Origin: Chiloscyllium plagiosum
Taxonomy: Eukaryota
NCBI RefSeq assembly: GCF_004010195.1
Contig: NC_057719.1
Location: 39,546,252-39,610,251 of the forward strand
Direction of reading: 5' to 3'
DNA length: 64,000 nt
Positions 29,601 to 44,600 of the stretch are shown here, one piece after another; the first letter of the stretch is position 1, and each line of letters starts with the position of its first letter. The position numbers and the translations under genes were made by a program. The notes under the pieces were generated by a model. It had not been told where the DNA came from. It searched no databases and saw only the letters and a list, made by a program, of their open reading frames with translations.

Positions 29601-32600
29601 CCTTTTATGAAGACTTTTCTTTGGGTAGGAGGACTCCATGTAACTCATTCCCTTTCTACAGTGAGGGTGGTGTACAGTCTCAGTGTGTCTCTGTGAAATC
29701 TTTTATTATGTCCAGTCATTTTTTTTCTTCCTAAGATTGAAATTTTAAACAGGTTTTAGTAAAATTAGAAGATGCAACCTAAGCCTGTAGCATTCCAGCT
29801 CAGGGCTAACATCATGCTCTATTAAAACATACATATGCTTTATGAAACTGTCATTACTACAGAAACTTCAAATTTTCTGTATTTTATATGGACAAGAAGC
29901 ACTCTTTTAAAAAAAAACAATAGTTATTAATACATATCCTTTTTACTTAAGAAGCACTTTTGGCTGCCTTTTCCAGGTGTCATTGTCCTGATTGTGTCAT
30001 AGAGTCATGGAACCCTTGGGTCAGAAGGATGATATGCTTTAACGATGGGCTATATTTAATGGATTAATTTAAGTGATTAAAGGACTTTGCAAAAGGTATC
30101 ATTTCTGCATTGCAACTGGTTTTAGAATATGTAGCATCAAGCAATTGAATTGATACTTTGTAAAAGATCTGCATTTTTATGAGGAATACCACAGTCTTTA
30201 TGGTCTTCATTGGGTTAAGTATTATGTAGCACATTAGTCTCTTGATACTATGAGAATTATATAATGTAAAAAAACTGTAATGCATCACTAAATAAAAACC
30301 ATTGTGAAGTAGGTGATGCTTCACAATTGTATTGGAATTCTTTGAGGGGTTAACTAAGTTGATACACAAGGTAATTTTATTGGATATAAATTGCTTGGAC
30401 TTTCAGATATGTGATTCGTAAATGTGAAATTTACGTGAAAGATAAGACATAATTGTCTAGTTAGCCTGAAACATGGATTAAAAACAGAAAGTATGAAGTA
30501 GTAAAGAATAGCAAAAGGCTCTTGGTTAGATCCCATATGCTTGATTTTCATTTTCCTGTGGGTATATTTTGGAGTAGTTCATTCAGGTGGTGTTTCAGTC
30601 ATCCCACACCTCTGGAATGACCTGCTATTTTCAAAGAAAAGCGGGCATAAGGAGGCAACTGTTCACCTGCGGCAATCGGAGTCCAGAGGATTAGGCCATG
30701 ATGAATCTTGCAAGTCAAGTGCAACCAGTGTAGGGATTACCAGTAAGTCAGTTGGGGAGCTGAATAGATAACAATTGGGGCTAGGTCATCCACAGACGGG
30801 GCTGTCCTCCCAGGTAAAGTGGGGATTGGGCATGGTTGATCCTTGGGTTTGGCTAGTGAAAATCAAGGGAAGTTATCAATGGGCAGTGCATGCTATATTG
30901 GGAATTCAAGGGTATGGATTAGAGCTAGTAGACTAGCATACAGAGGACCAATTAATATTCAATGGGCAACTCCAGATATAAGGATGGAAACCAGTGTAGT
31001 ATGCTAGCTAACAGGCGAGTGTGGGAATGGGCATGTTTGAAAGTTACCAGCATCCTGGCTTCGATAGGGGCCAGTGGATAACAATGTTGTGAATGTCTTG
31101 GGAGTACGCCTAGGGCTTAGGGAGAGGAGGGGATGGAAATAGAGTAATATTAATTGTTTTAAAAAGGCCATAATGTTGGAGTTGACAAGGATTGCTATCC
31201 AGATTGGAATATGAACGTTAGGGGCAGGAAGCATCTAGAATATCAGTCAGATCATACAACTCATTCTCAGGAGCCCAAACTCTTCCATCATTATTTCACT
31301 GTTGAGATTTGATTAATGATAAAAAAAAATGACTGCTAATACACCCAGACTAGGTTTGTTTCGTGGAGCAGGCATTAAGTGTAGGTAGGGCCCTTAATCA
31401 AGACCAATAGACTTGATCTTAAATGCACCTGTCATTAAATTAATCTGCACATGGAACTCATTCATTGACCAACAATCTATATTGCATGTCCTGGTCACAA
31501 GCAATCCTGACTATGTCATTGATCATTACAAATTAATTGTAGTAAACTCTGTGACAAAAGGTGATCACAGCTGATCTTTAAAGTGCCACCTGCAGTTGAC
31601 CATTCCCAAAAGTCTCTTGGTCTGTGCAAGGGCATAGAGATGTTCAGCTCTCAAATTAAACTGTAAATATGTGAGTACATGGACTTATGTATAAAATAAG
31701 GTCTAATATGTCAGACATCCATGTAGAGGCATCTCATGACCCTCCTTATCAGAGGCTTTCATGTCTTATTCTTCTGCAACTGCTGACAAGTCACACCATG
31801 GAGAAGCTGTTTTGCTTCTGATACTTGTTCCACCCCCACCCACCCCAAAGGTTCATTGTACCCATCAGAAATAGATCCAGCAGCCTCAGCTGTTATCATT
31901 GCTGTTGTAGTAATACAGAGATGATGTACAGAAATTGAGGAGAAACAAAGGCATCAGCAAGCTCAGCACTAGCCTCAGGTGGTGCTAAACAACCTCTGCA
32001 TGAGATTCATGGTTGAAGGTTCTCTGACAATGCAGAGGGGGTTAGGAAGCCCAAAATCTGTTACCTTCACTGCTGTTTCTTCTACATGAGCAAGTAATGG
32101 GGCTGCCACTGCATGACAGTGTCCCAGGACAGTGTAACAAGTCTTATAATATGAAATTGGGGGAGTGGTGACTGAAGGTTATCAAGATAACAACTGCTCC
32201 TCTTCTTTTTGTGACTGGCTGCTTCCAAAGATCCACTGGAAATATGTGTGTAATCTCCAAGTCCTCAACCCACAAAAGTGTTTTAGATTAGATTAGATTA
32301 CTTACAGTATGGAAACAGGCCCTTCAGCCCAACAAGTCCACACTGACCCGCCGAAGCGCAACCCACCCAGACCCATTCCTCTACATTTTACCCCTTCACC
32401 TAACACTACGGGCAATTTAGCATGTCCAATTCACCTAATCTGCACATTATTGGACTGTTGGAGGAAACCGGAGCACCCGGAGAAAACCCATGCAGACACT
32501 GTGCAAACTCCACACAGCCAGTCGCCTGAGGCGGGAATTGAACCCAAGTCTCTGGCGCTGTGAGAACATAGAACAATACAGCACAGAACAGGCCCTTCGG

Positions 32601-35600
32601 CCCACAATGTTGTGCCGAACATTTGTCCTAGCTTAAGCACCTATCCATGTACCTATCCAATTGCCGCTTAAAGGTCACCAATGATTCTGACTCTGCCACT
32701 CCCAAAGGCAGCGCATTCCATGCCCCCACCACACTCTGGGTAAAGAACCACCCCTGACATCTCCCCTATACCTTCCACCCTTCACCTTAAATATATGTCC
32801 CCTTGTAACACTCTGTTGTACCCGGGGAAAAAGTCTCTGACTGTCTACTCTATCTATTCCCCTGATCATCTTATAAACCTCTATCAAGTCACCCCTCATC
32901 CTTCACCGTTCCAACGAGAAAAGGCCNNNNNNNNNNNNNNNNNNNNNNNNNNNNNNNNNNNNNNNNNNNNNNNNNNNNNNNNNNNNNNNNNNNNNNNNNN
33001 NNNNNNNNNNNNNNNNNNNNNNNNNNNNNNNNNNNNNNNNNNNNNNNNNNNNNNNNNNNNNNNNNNNNNNNNNNNNNNNNNNNNNNNNNNNNNNNNNNNN
33101 NNNNNNNNNNNNNNNNNNNNNNNNNNNNNNNNNNNNNNNNNNNNNNNNNNNNNNNNNNNNNNNNNNNNNNNNNNNNNNNNNNNNNNNNNNNNNNNNNNNN
33201 NNNNNNNNNNNNNNNNNNNNNNNNNNNNNNNNNNNNNNNNNNNNNNNNNNNNNNNNNNNNNNNNNNNNNNNNNNNNNNNNNNNNNNNNNNNNNNNNNNNN
33301 NNNNNNNNNNNNNNNNNNNNNNNNNNNNNNNNNNNNNNNNNNNNNNNNNNNNNNNNNNNNNNNNNNNNNNNNNNNNNNNNNNNNNNNNNNNNCTATCCCA
33401 TGCGTCCTGACTTTCCGCATAAGCCTACCATGGGGAATCTTATCAAATGCCTTACTAAATTCCATGTACACTACATCCACTGCTCTACCCTCTTCCACAT
33501 GCTTGGTCACCTCCTCGATGAATTCAATAAGACTTGTAAGGCAAGACCTCCCCTTCACAAATCCGTGCTGGCTGTCCCTAATCAGGCAGTGTCTTTCCAG
33601 ATACTCATAAATCCTATCTCTCAGTACCCTTTCCATTACTTTGCCTACCACCGAAGTAAGACTAACTGGCCTGTAATTCCCATGGTTATCCCTATTCCCT
33701 TTTTTGAACAGGGGCACAACATTCGCCACTCTCCAGTCTCCTGGTACCACCCCCGTTGACAGTGAAGACGAAATGATCACTGCCAACGGCTCTGCAATTT
33801 CCTCTCTTGCTTCCCACATAATCCTAGGATATATCCCGTCAGGCCCGGGGGACTTGTCTATCCTCAAGTTTTCAAAATGCCCAACACATCTTCCTTCCTA
33901 ACAAGTATTTCGTCTAGCTTACCAGTCTGTTTCATACTCTCCTCTTCAACAATACGGTCTCTCTCATTTGTAAATACTGAAGAAAAGTACTCATTCAAGA
34001 CCTCTCCTATCTCTTCCGACTCAATACACAGTCTCCCACTACTGTCCTTGATCGGACCTACCCTCGTTCTCGTGAGGCAACAGTACTAACCACTGTGCCA
34101 CCGTGCTGCCCATAAGGCTGTTACTGAGGCATTTTGTGCAAGATCACACCTCTTCATCTTATTTTCCTGTAGTGAGGTCAGTGGTACAGCCCAAGAGGTA
34201 GGCCTTGTCAATATAACTGACTTTTCCCAAACTCAGTGCTATAGACTGTATATACATCATGTTGAGAGTGTCATGTCATAGTGCATCTGAATTCATTAAG
34301 AGGTCAATGTCCAAGTTATCTTTGATCATAGCTATCACATCTTAAAGCTCTTTGACAGGTACTCTAGAATCTGCCATGATACCCATGTCTTTGTTAGCTG
34401 TCTGATTCCTGCTTATTTCAAAGGGCGGAATACTATAAAAGGATGGCTGCTCGAAGGACAGGCCTATCCTTTTTGCTGATGACTTCATTGCACACACCCC
34501 TGACTGATGGCATGTAGATTTATTGCAGCCAATTTGTTTCTCGCCATGTCCATTTTGGAACAGATGATAGGCCTTCTCAAGATGAGATTCAGGTTCTTCT
34601 GAGGACACAGGTGGCACTTGTAACATTTCACTGTAAATAAATATAACATCTGTAAATATATATTTGCTCTATAGATCATCACCTGTCTGATCAGTTGTCA
34701 TTTTAGCTCTTGGATCAAGAATCAAGTGACAAGGTGCTCTTCGTTAGTTCCCTTCAATACTAGAACCCTAAGGGAATGCTATTTTTTCCCTGTCTCCCAT
34801 CAGAACGTAATGTGTTGTCATAGTCAGAGATCTAAAACACAGAAAAAGGTCTTTTGACCCATCAAGTCTGCGGTAGTCAAAACAACCACGTAATTGTTCT
34901 AATCCTGTTTTCCAGCTCTTGGTCCATAGTCTTGCATGCCTTACATCACAAGTGTACATCTAAAATGCTTCTAAAATATTATGAGAGTTCTGTCTCTACA
35001 CTCTTACAGATAATGTGTTCCAGATTCCCAACAAGACTGACCCTGGAGGATCCCATCCATTCTTGCTCCAACCTGTCAACAATTTATAAAATATCCAGAT
35101 TCAGTGATTTACAGACCAGTCAGAGCTACATTTCAGAACATGTCTGCTTTCATTGGAAAAAATATCCATAATATTTTAATGCTCAAAATTTTAAAAAAAA
35201 ATTATTCAATCGGTACAAACTATTTCATTATCACTGATCAAAATTTCGTAGAACTGACAAAATAAGGGAACTAGCATTTTTCATATTTAAACTTTGGGAG
35301 TTAGCTTTTCTCAAGGTGACCAAAATCTTAAGAGCATTATAGCCAATGACTAAACTCTTGTTCATCAGCATTAAGAATTTCTTTCTATTCCTGTCTCTTG
35401 CATCTAAGTCACTATAGAATTTCATAAATAACCTTCAAATTTTCAGTATTTTTGTAAATTGTACTTTCTAAAACACAATGTAATTTTTTGCATACTTCAG
35501 TAAAATGTGCATTTCCACAATTAATTTCATTTTCTTGATACATTAAAATTTAGAAGTCCAAACATGAGGCAAAACAATACATTGAAGAATATTTTTTACA

Positions 35601-38600
35601 TTATGAACATACAAACAAGGAACAAGAGTAGGCCATTATCAGCAAGTGAACAACAGAGCTAAGCAATCCCACATCCAATAGATCAAATCTAAGCTCTACA
35701 GTCTTTCAACACATTGTCGTGAGTGCTGGTGGACAGTTAAACTCACTGGAGGAAGAAGTTCTACAAATATCATGACCCTCCAATTATGGAATTTCACAAC
35801 TCATTGATGCAAAAGATGGGGCTGAAGTATTTACAGAATTGTCAAATGGATAATCCACTTTAGTCCCCTGAAAAGTCCCCAGCATTATAGATACCAGTCT
35901 TTAGCCATTTTGATGACCCTATGATTTACTCCAAGTGATATTAAGACATGGTTAGAGGCAATGGATTGCACAAAGGCTATGGGCCCTGACAACATTCCAG
36001 CAAAAGTACTGAAGACTTGTGCTTTAGAACTTGCCACACCCCTGGCCAAGTTGTTCCAATGCATTTACAACACTGGGATCACCTGACAATATGAAGAATT
36101 GCCCGAGTGTGTCCTGTATACAAAAAAACAGGACAAATCCAACCTGGCCAATTGCTATCACCATTTTACTCCTGATCATCAATAAAGTGGTGGAAGGTGT
36201 CATTAACTGTGCTGTCAAGCAGCACCTGACCAGTAATAACCTGCTTGGTGACTTCCCGTTTGGGACCCTCCAGGGTCACTCAACTCTTGACCTCATTACA
36301 GATTTGGACAAACATAAACAAAAGAGCTGAATTCTCGAGGTGAGGTGAGAGTGACACCACTTGAAATCCATGTCACATTCAATTGTGTGCCATCAAGGAG
36401 CCCTAGCAAAACTGGAATTAATGGGTAATAGGGCAAAGTCTCTGCTGGTTGATATCATACCTGGCACACAGTTTCAAGTTGTGGTTCGTTGTTGGAGGAT
36501 AGTCATTTCAGCTACAGGACATAGTTGCAGGAGTTCCTTCGGGTAATGTCCTAGGTTCAACCATCTTCAGCTGTTTCATCAATGACCTTCCCTCCATCAT
36601 AAAGTCACAAATGGGGATGTTCGCTGATGATTGCTCAATGTTCAGCACCATTTGCCACTCTTCAAATACTGAAGAAGTCCATATGCAAATGCAACAAGAT
36701 CTGGGCAACATCCAAGCTGGGCTGTCAAGTGGAAAGTAACATTTGCGCCACACAAATGCCAGGCAATGACTGTCTCCAATAAGAGACAATCTGACCACAC
36801 CCCTTGACATTCAATAGCATTACCATCATTGAAACCCCCACAATCAAAATCGTTGGAGTTACCATTGATCAGAAATTCACTGTACCGCCACATAAAAATA
36901 GTTATTACACGAGCAGGTCAGAGGCTAGGAATATAATGGTGAGTAACTCCTCTCTTGACTCCCCAAAGCCTGCCCACCATCTCAGGAAGGCATTGGCCTC
37001 ATGAAGCGATTGCTAGATTCTTAATCCAGTGACCCAGGTAATGTTCCCAAAATCCGGGTTCGAATGCCTCTGTGGTAAAAAGTGGGATTTGAATTCAATT
37101 TTTTAAAAATCTAGAATTAAGAGTCTAATGATGGCCTTGAAACAATTGTCAATTGCTGGAAAAACTCATCTACTTCACTAACATGTTTTAGGGAAGTAAA
37201 TTACCACCGTTACCTGGTCTAGTTTATATGTGACTTCAGAACCATGGCAATGTGATTGACTCTTAGCTGCCCTCTGGGCGATTAGAGATGGACAATGAAT
37301 GCTGGCTGAGCCAGTGATGCCCTCATCCTGTAAATGTTTTTTTTTAAAATCTACAAGGCAAAAGTGTGATGAAATACTCCACACTTGCTTGATGGTGCAA
37401 CACTCAAGAAGCTTAACACAATCCAGAACAAAGCATCCCACTTGATAGGCAGTGCATCTACCACCAATGCTCAGGAGTAGCAGCAGTGTATACTATCTAT
37501 AAGATGCACTGCAGAAATTCACCAAAGATCCTTAGACAGTACCTTCCAAACACGCAACCACTTCCAGCTAGAATAAGAAGGGCAGCAGATACATGGAAAC
37601 ACCACCACTGGAAGTTCCCTTCCACGTTACTCACCGTTCTAACTTGGAAATCATTGTCATTCCTTTGCTATCACTGGTTCAAAATCCTGGAATTCCCTCC
37701 AGAAGGGTATTGGCAACTCACCACCACCACCTTGAGGGCAACTAGGAATGGGCAATAAACACTGGTCAGATAGCAAAGTCCACATCCCATGAGTGAATAA
37801 AAGTGCAGTTGGCCTTTTGAGCCTGCTCTACTATTCGTTAAAATCCTTGCTGATCTGATTTTAACCTTAACACTTGCATACATCCAATACATTTTCAACC
37901 CTTTGGTGTTCAAAAATCTGTCTACCTCTAGCTTAAAAACATGTAAAGATTAAGCATCAGCTTTCTTTAAAGGAAGGGAATTCTAAAGGCACTCAACCCT
38001 CAGAAAATGTGTTTCCTTGTCCCTCCCCCTTTTAAACTGTCATCCCCTAGTTGTAGATTCTCCCACAAGAGGAAGCATTCTTTCAACAGCAACCTGATCA
38101 AGTCCCCTCAAAATCTTTTATGTTTCAATTAAGTCACCTCTGACTCTTCAAAGCTGCCGAGGATATAGTCCTAGCCTGTCTAATCTTTTATCATAGGTCA
38201 ATTCACTCATTCCAGGTATTGGTCTTGTAAACATTCATAACTGCTATAATATCCTTCCATATGTATAGTGACCAGCATTGTACACAGCCATCCAGATGAG
38301 GTTTCACCAAGTCTTGTGTATCTGAAGCATAACCTCCCTACTCTTGCATGTAATTTCCTTCTCAATAAACCATGACATTCTCTTGGCTTACCTGAATACT
38401 TGCTAAACTGGCATACTAACTTCCTGTGATTCTTGCACAAGGACACCTAGATCTATCTGCATCTCAGAGTACTGCAACCTTTTACCAATTAGATAACTTG
38501 CTTCTTCTTTATTCTTTCTGCCAAAATGGACAATTTCACACACTCCTACATTGCAGTCCATTTCTCTCATCTTTGCACACTCACTTAACACATTCATATT

Positions 38601-41600
38601 CCTTTATAAACTCCTTATGTCCTCTACACAACTCGCTTTCCTACCTATCCTTGTGTCGTCAGCAAGTTTAGCTGCCGTTATTTGAATCCCTTATTATACT
38701 ATATTTTCACTTTACACATTTAGGCTAAACTAATCAGTTGAAAGTCTGTCTCTCCACTAAAAGCTCTCCCCCTTAACTTCCCAAGGGAAATAAGTTTAGC
38801 GATTCCAACCAGTTTGTTATACTCCATTACCCCACACTACTCATAATTTGACTCCTGACTCAGAATAGCTGGTATTTAAAGTAAAAAGAATGAAACTGAT
38901 ATAGTAGAAGGTTATATTTTGAAAATGGGGATATAGTCCATGGTTAGAGTATTTTGAAGAGAGGAGACAATGCTATATCTGGTCATGTTGCTCTGCGGAG
39001 TGCTGGAAAGTACACAGTACACAAATAGGAAATATCTGCCTTTTCTAGGATATTTATCTTCCACTTTGAGCACATGATTCTTTTCTCATTACTTCCCTCT
39101 CCACACTCCCAAAAAAATCAGATTTGATAAATTGTTACAATCTGTAGTTTGTTTAAAAAAAAAAATTCTCCTGTCCATCCCTTTCTGCTTTGAAAAAACA
39201 ATCCTGGTTTGTAAATTATATGTCATCCTATCAAATGTTAAATATTTTAATAGATTTTTTGCCATCATAGACTCAGTACCTTGAAATAGCTTATACAATA
39301 TGCTAAAAATTATATGCAACCAATTTTTAATGTTTCTAAAATATGTCTATTCTTTTTTTAATGACTTCGAACCAGCAATACATCTGCAAATTTGGGTAAT
39401 CTCTTTCAAAATATTGCAGTTGTGTCCATCATTTAGTTTTCAATGACAAATATTTCTTACCTGACAGTAAATTATTTCGTTCACTGATTAGAATTGAAAG
39501 CCTACATCATTATGCCAAGAACCGTCAGCCCTCCATACCCTCCAACAACAAAAAGTAGTTAGATGCTATTACTGTTTTAAAGAAGTACTAAAGTGGAAAG
39601 GATTGATGCTGATAAAACTCATTAATGTAATTCATATAAATACATGCATTCCAACATAGCCCACTGTTTTGAGGAGCAATCCAGACAATGTGTTCCAATT
39701 CATCAGGGCAGTTGAGAATGTGGATTCATATTTTTTTTAAAAATCATGGAAATGGCTCGTATTAATGAAAATGATCAAATTTTCACATTGTATCACAAAA
39801 TCCACTGTTTCATTAGTGTCCAATAAGAATGTGTACCATCCTTATCCATTCTGACCTATATTTAAATCCAATTCCTGCAAACATGGCTGCATTCTTAAGT
39901 ATTCTAGTGTAAAACTCAATTACGTCAAACCACTAAAGAGTTCAATTACTTTCTTCTCAAGGCAAGTAAAGATGGGCAGTAAATGCTGACCTAGTTGGCA
40001 GTGCCCACATATCAAGTATTTGTTTCTTTTAAAATCAACCAAACACAGTGTCTTCCACAAGGAAGGAAAAGGAATGTATTTATATAATACTTCACATGTC
40101 CTCAGGAGACTCCAAACTATTTCACAGTCTTATTATTTTAAATTTAGGCAATTTTCTCACAAACAACACTGAAATCATCGACTAGTTAATCTGTCTTTTG
40201 GTGGTATCCGTTGCCTTTCAACCATTTAAAATGAAAATGAGGCAGAGAGGTAGTAGAAGTTCTGAGTGAAATACAAATGAGTTGGAAAGTAATAACAGTA
40301 TGCAAAATTCTGAACTTTTCTATAAGAATGAAGATAAAATTGTATCATCATTTGCACTTGATGGCAGAATCATTAGAAATGTTACATGTCTGCATCAGGT
40401 TTCCAAAATGATATAATGACTTTGTGTTTTGCCACCTGCTCCCTGTAATCTTGTATGTTTGTATTTAAATAATCAACTATTGCCACCTTTAATGCCTCAA
40501 TTGAATCTGCCTCCACTACACTTCCAGGCATTACATTCCAGATTCAAGCCAGTGTGAAAAAGTTCCTTCTCATATTAGTGACTTCTTTTGCAAATCATCA
40601 TAGCACTGCTGTATTACTCTTGACTTGCTTATGAGCAGGAACAGTTTCTGCCTGTCTGCACTGTCCAGACCTGTCATGATTTTGAAAACTTCAACCTAAT
40701 CTCCTCTTAGCCGCCTCCTCTCTAAGGAAACAGTGTCAACTTTTCCAATCTATCTTCATGACAGAAGTTTCTCATCCTTGGAACCATTTTTGTAAACCCC
40801 TCACACACTTTCCAAACTTCACATCCTTTCTAAATTTGGCACCCAGAACTGGGTATTTAATTTGTGGTATAACTACCTTTATATAGGTTCAGCATCCCAT
40901 TTATGCTATGCCGCTGTAAATATATCCTTGAATATTTTGTGCTTTATTAACCACCGCCTCCATCTGTTTTTCCATCTTTAATGATTTATGCACATATTGG
41001 CTCACCATGTTCTTTATACCATGTATATCATATATAGATAAATATGTGTACAATGCATTTCATGCAACTGCAGAATTTATCCTAAGATTCACTGTCTCAA
41101 TTATTTAGTTATGAGTAGTTTGATGCTACTGAGGTAGAGTGCAGTTATGTAGTTGTGTTCATCTTTGGTCAGTGATGAGAAAGTTGAGTTAATTGTTATT
41201 CTAATTTTGTTCTAAGTTGCTACAGTTGTAGGTAACAAAGTGGGAGCATCAGCACTTAATGTGCTAACATATGTCAGACTATATGTAGATTGATCTATAT
41301 GTGCAGTTTAATTCTCCAACATTTTTCCTCTTCTCAGGGTCACTATTGACCCATCAAAACGGCAGACTTCGAACAAATCAGTGCCCGCAAATACTCCTCC
41401 ACAAGGATCAAAGACTGTTAGTAAGTCTTCAGCCTCTAAATCTTTCCTCCTCTTGACATTTATTTCTGAAATACTTTCTTTGCGCACTTATAAAACTCTT
41501 TACGTTTAGAATTCCTTTTTTCTTCCAGATCTCAGATCCAAAGGACTTTTCCACTGTCTATTAAAATACTTACAGTAGTAAGTCAAAGATCAGTACTTTA

Positions 41601-44600
41601 GACACTGTAATTTATATTGAAATGTTTTAGACAGTACTAAGAAATTTCTGCTTTAGAATATTGTAACAGTTAGACTTAACACATAATCACAACATTTGCA
41701 TTTGAAAGCCTTGATGTGTTTTAAAGAGCTGGAATTCTTCCTTGCTGACATATCACTTTAGGATGAATTGAATGTTTCTCTGTTGAGAAACCATTTAACT
41801 TGCAATATATTGCTTGTTGGCACATTTTAAAAACTATTAGTCCTGAATGTGGACTAAAGGAAAATGTCTGTGTTCGGCTGTTAAGTGAAATGTAAGTTCA
41901 ATGCAATTGAGTAATAACTTCATGGTAGATAGGATAGTGAAAAAGGTATTTGGTGTGCTTGCCTCTATTGGTCAGTGCATTAAGCATAGGAGTTGGGTGG
42001 TCATGTTGCAGCTGTAGAGGATATTGGTTAGGCCACTTTTGGAATACTGCATGCAATTCTGGTCTCCCTGCTTTGGGTAGGATGTTGTGAAACTTGAAAA
42101 GGCTCAGAAAAGGTTTACAAGGATATTGTCAGGGTTGGGGGTTTTGAGCTACCAGGAGAGGCTGAATTGTCTGGGATTATTTTCCCTGGAGGCTGAGGGG
42201 TGACCTTATAGAGGTTTATTAAATCATGAAGGGCTCTGGTAGGGCAAACAAATAAGATCTTTTCCCTGGGGTGGGGGAATCCAAAACTAGAGGGCATATA
42301 GTTAAGGTGAGAGGGGAAAAATATAAAAGGGACCTAAGGGGCATTTTTTTTCACGCAGAGGGTGGTACGTGTATGGAATGAGCTGCCAGAATTGGTGGAG
42401 ATGTGCAATTACAATATTTAAAAGATATCAGGATGGGTATATGAATAGGAAGTGTTTAGAGGGATATAGGCCAAATGCTGGCAAATGGGACTAGATTTAT
42501 TTAGGATATCTGGTCCGAAGGGTTTGTTTCCATGCTGTACATCTCCTATGACTCTATAATTATTCAGGAAATCTTTCTGAAATCTGTGTTTATTTAAGGA
42601 GTATACTTTTAGTTTCTTTATAAAAATGCACTTCTACCATGCACGCACTGAAAGAGAATCTGACCCATGTAATCTGTTTTGGAAGGAAAAAAATACTGTA
42701 ACCTATCAACTGACTTGAAAATTGTTAGCACAAAATTAAGCAACAACTTTGCGTGTAAAACAGGTAGCTGTGTGCATCTAGAAACTGTACAGGAACTTCA
42801 GTCTTTATGACTCATCTCAGTTTTTGTTTTCTGTTAAGATTTAGATTTCCTATTTTCCCAGTGTAAAACTGGTGACTACTCCATTGTGTTTTTCAGTGAC
42901 TTGCATATGTGAAATAATAAATGACTGTGAGGTACACAGAAATCTTATCATTGAATGGACTATTTCAGATCTGCTGAGTATGTGGGATGTCCTGAAAATT
43001 TTTTTTGTTTCTCAAATTAATTTTGGCATTCAAATCTAATATTAAGCTGCAGTGCAGATTTATTGAGTCTATAGGAATATCAGCAATCCTTACATTTTTA
43101 TCTATGAGCCTGTGCATTGACTACAGTGTATCCTTTCTTAAAAATAATAACATGCACTTCCCTCAAAACATCATTGACAAATAGTATTCATTTAAGCCTG
43201 TTGAAAATGTATTTAGGTTAAAACTGCAAGTCAAATTACACTTCAGAAATTCCACACTATAACATTAATCCACATTGCTTTAAAATCAAATGATCCTTTT
43301 CTTTTTCCAACCTAGAATGTGACAAATTAAAATTTGGATTACAGGGGCTGCTTGTTAGCAAGTTTCATCTCGACCTCCGTAGCAAAGTTTTGTCTGTTGC
43401 TTTACTGATAGAAAAGGTGCTGCTGATGATGTTACAAAGAGTAAGGCTTGTAATGTCTTTTCATAAAAAGCTGGGGGAGTTCCTCATTCTTTGTGTAAAT
43501 TTACTCACTAAATCTCAGTGGCAAAGGCTTTGAAATAATTTTATCTTACTATGTTGATTTCACAGATAAAATAAGCATTTTGTCATTTTAAATGGAATCT
43601 CAGTGTATGCAGGAATCTAATTAGCCTAGTCATTGATTTGATTGTATAGTACTCTGAGAGAAAGTGAGGGCTGCAGATGCTGGAGATCAGAGCTGAAAAT
43701 GTGTTGCTGGAAAAGCGCAGCAGGTCAGGCTCTCCTTGGATGCTGCCTGACCTGCTGCGCTTTTCCAGCAACACATTTTCAGCTATAGTACTCTGAGACC
43801 ACAAGATATCTGAGAGATTTTATAGTATTATTTAATTCTAATTAAATTTGAGCTAGTTTTCCAAGAAGTGTTCTGTTTACATTACTATCTTATTAAGTTC
43901 TGAGATGACTGTATTCAATCAATTAAAAGTAGCCGTGCATAATTCGATAAAATTATTAGACTTCTAAACTTTGAGTTTTATTGTGTTTGGCTTTGGCAGC
44001 TGGTTGTATTTAATGTTAAGAATGATAGTGATATTAGATATAGGAAACAGGGCTTTCATTTCAACATTGTGCTTGGATGGAGAGGATTTGGGATAATATG
44101 TTGTTGCACAGATTATGTCATTGAATCTGATGACTTCTAAGTTAATTACCATACAGATCAGGCAACAGGTTTTTTTACAGCAACTTTTTCATTGCTATGG
44201 CAAATCAAGTTTTAACATGTTAGTTGTACATTAGCAAATGTAATGAATCTGCCGTGATTGTCTTAATTCCTGACGTGTTGTTATGGTTTACAGAAAGGAT
44301 TATCTGAGTAACATTGGGCAAATTATATTTCTTTCTCAATTCCTGTGTTAAAACCACTGAAATCCAAATATCCAAGATTTAATAGTTTATTTTGGAACCA
44401 ACATGTTTTGATTCATTTTTATCCCATGCTTATTTTTCAAGAGGAGAGTTTGGAAATGAAGCACCATATGAGTGATGCATTACCTTGAAATCTATGGATT
44501 TTTAGAGAAAATTAGTTCCAGAACGATTAGTGTTTTGCATGTGTTTTAAGCTTTAATTAGAACAACTGAGTTTGTTTTGTGTCTTTGATCTTTTATCTTC

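Larger units (their letters stand above)
32284..34111 (-). mobile_element. HE1-like SINE interrupted by a young CR1
   Basis: SINE tail/core at 32284-32564 and head at 34072-34111; GTGAG duplicated at 32560 and 34072. Confidence 0.85.
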
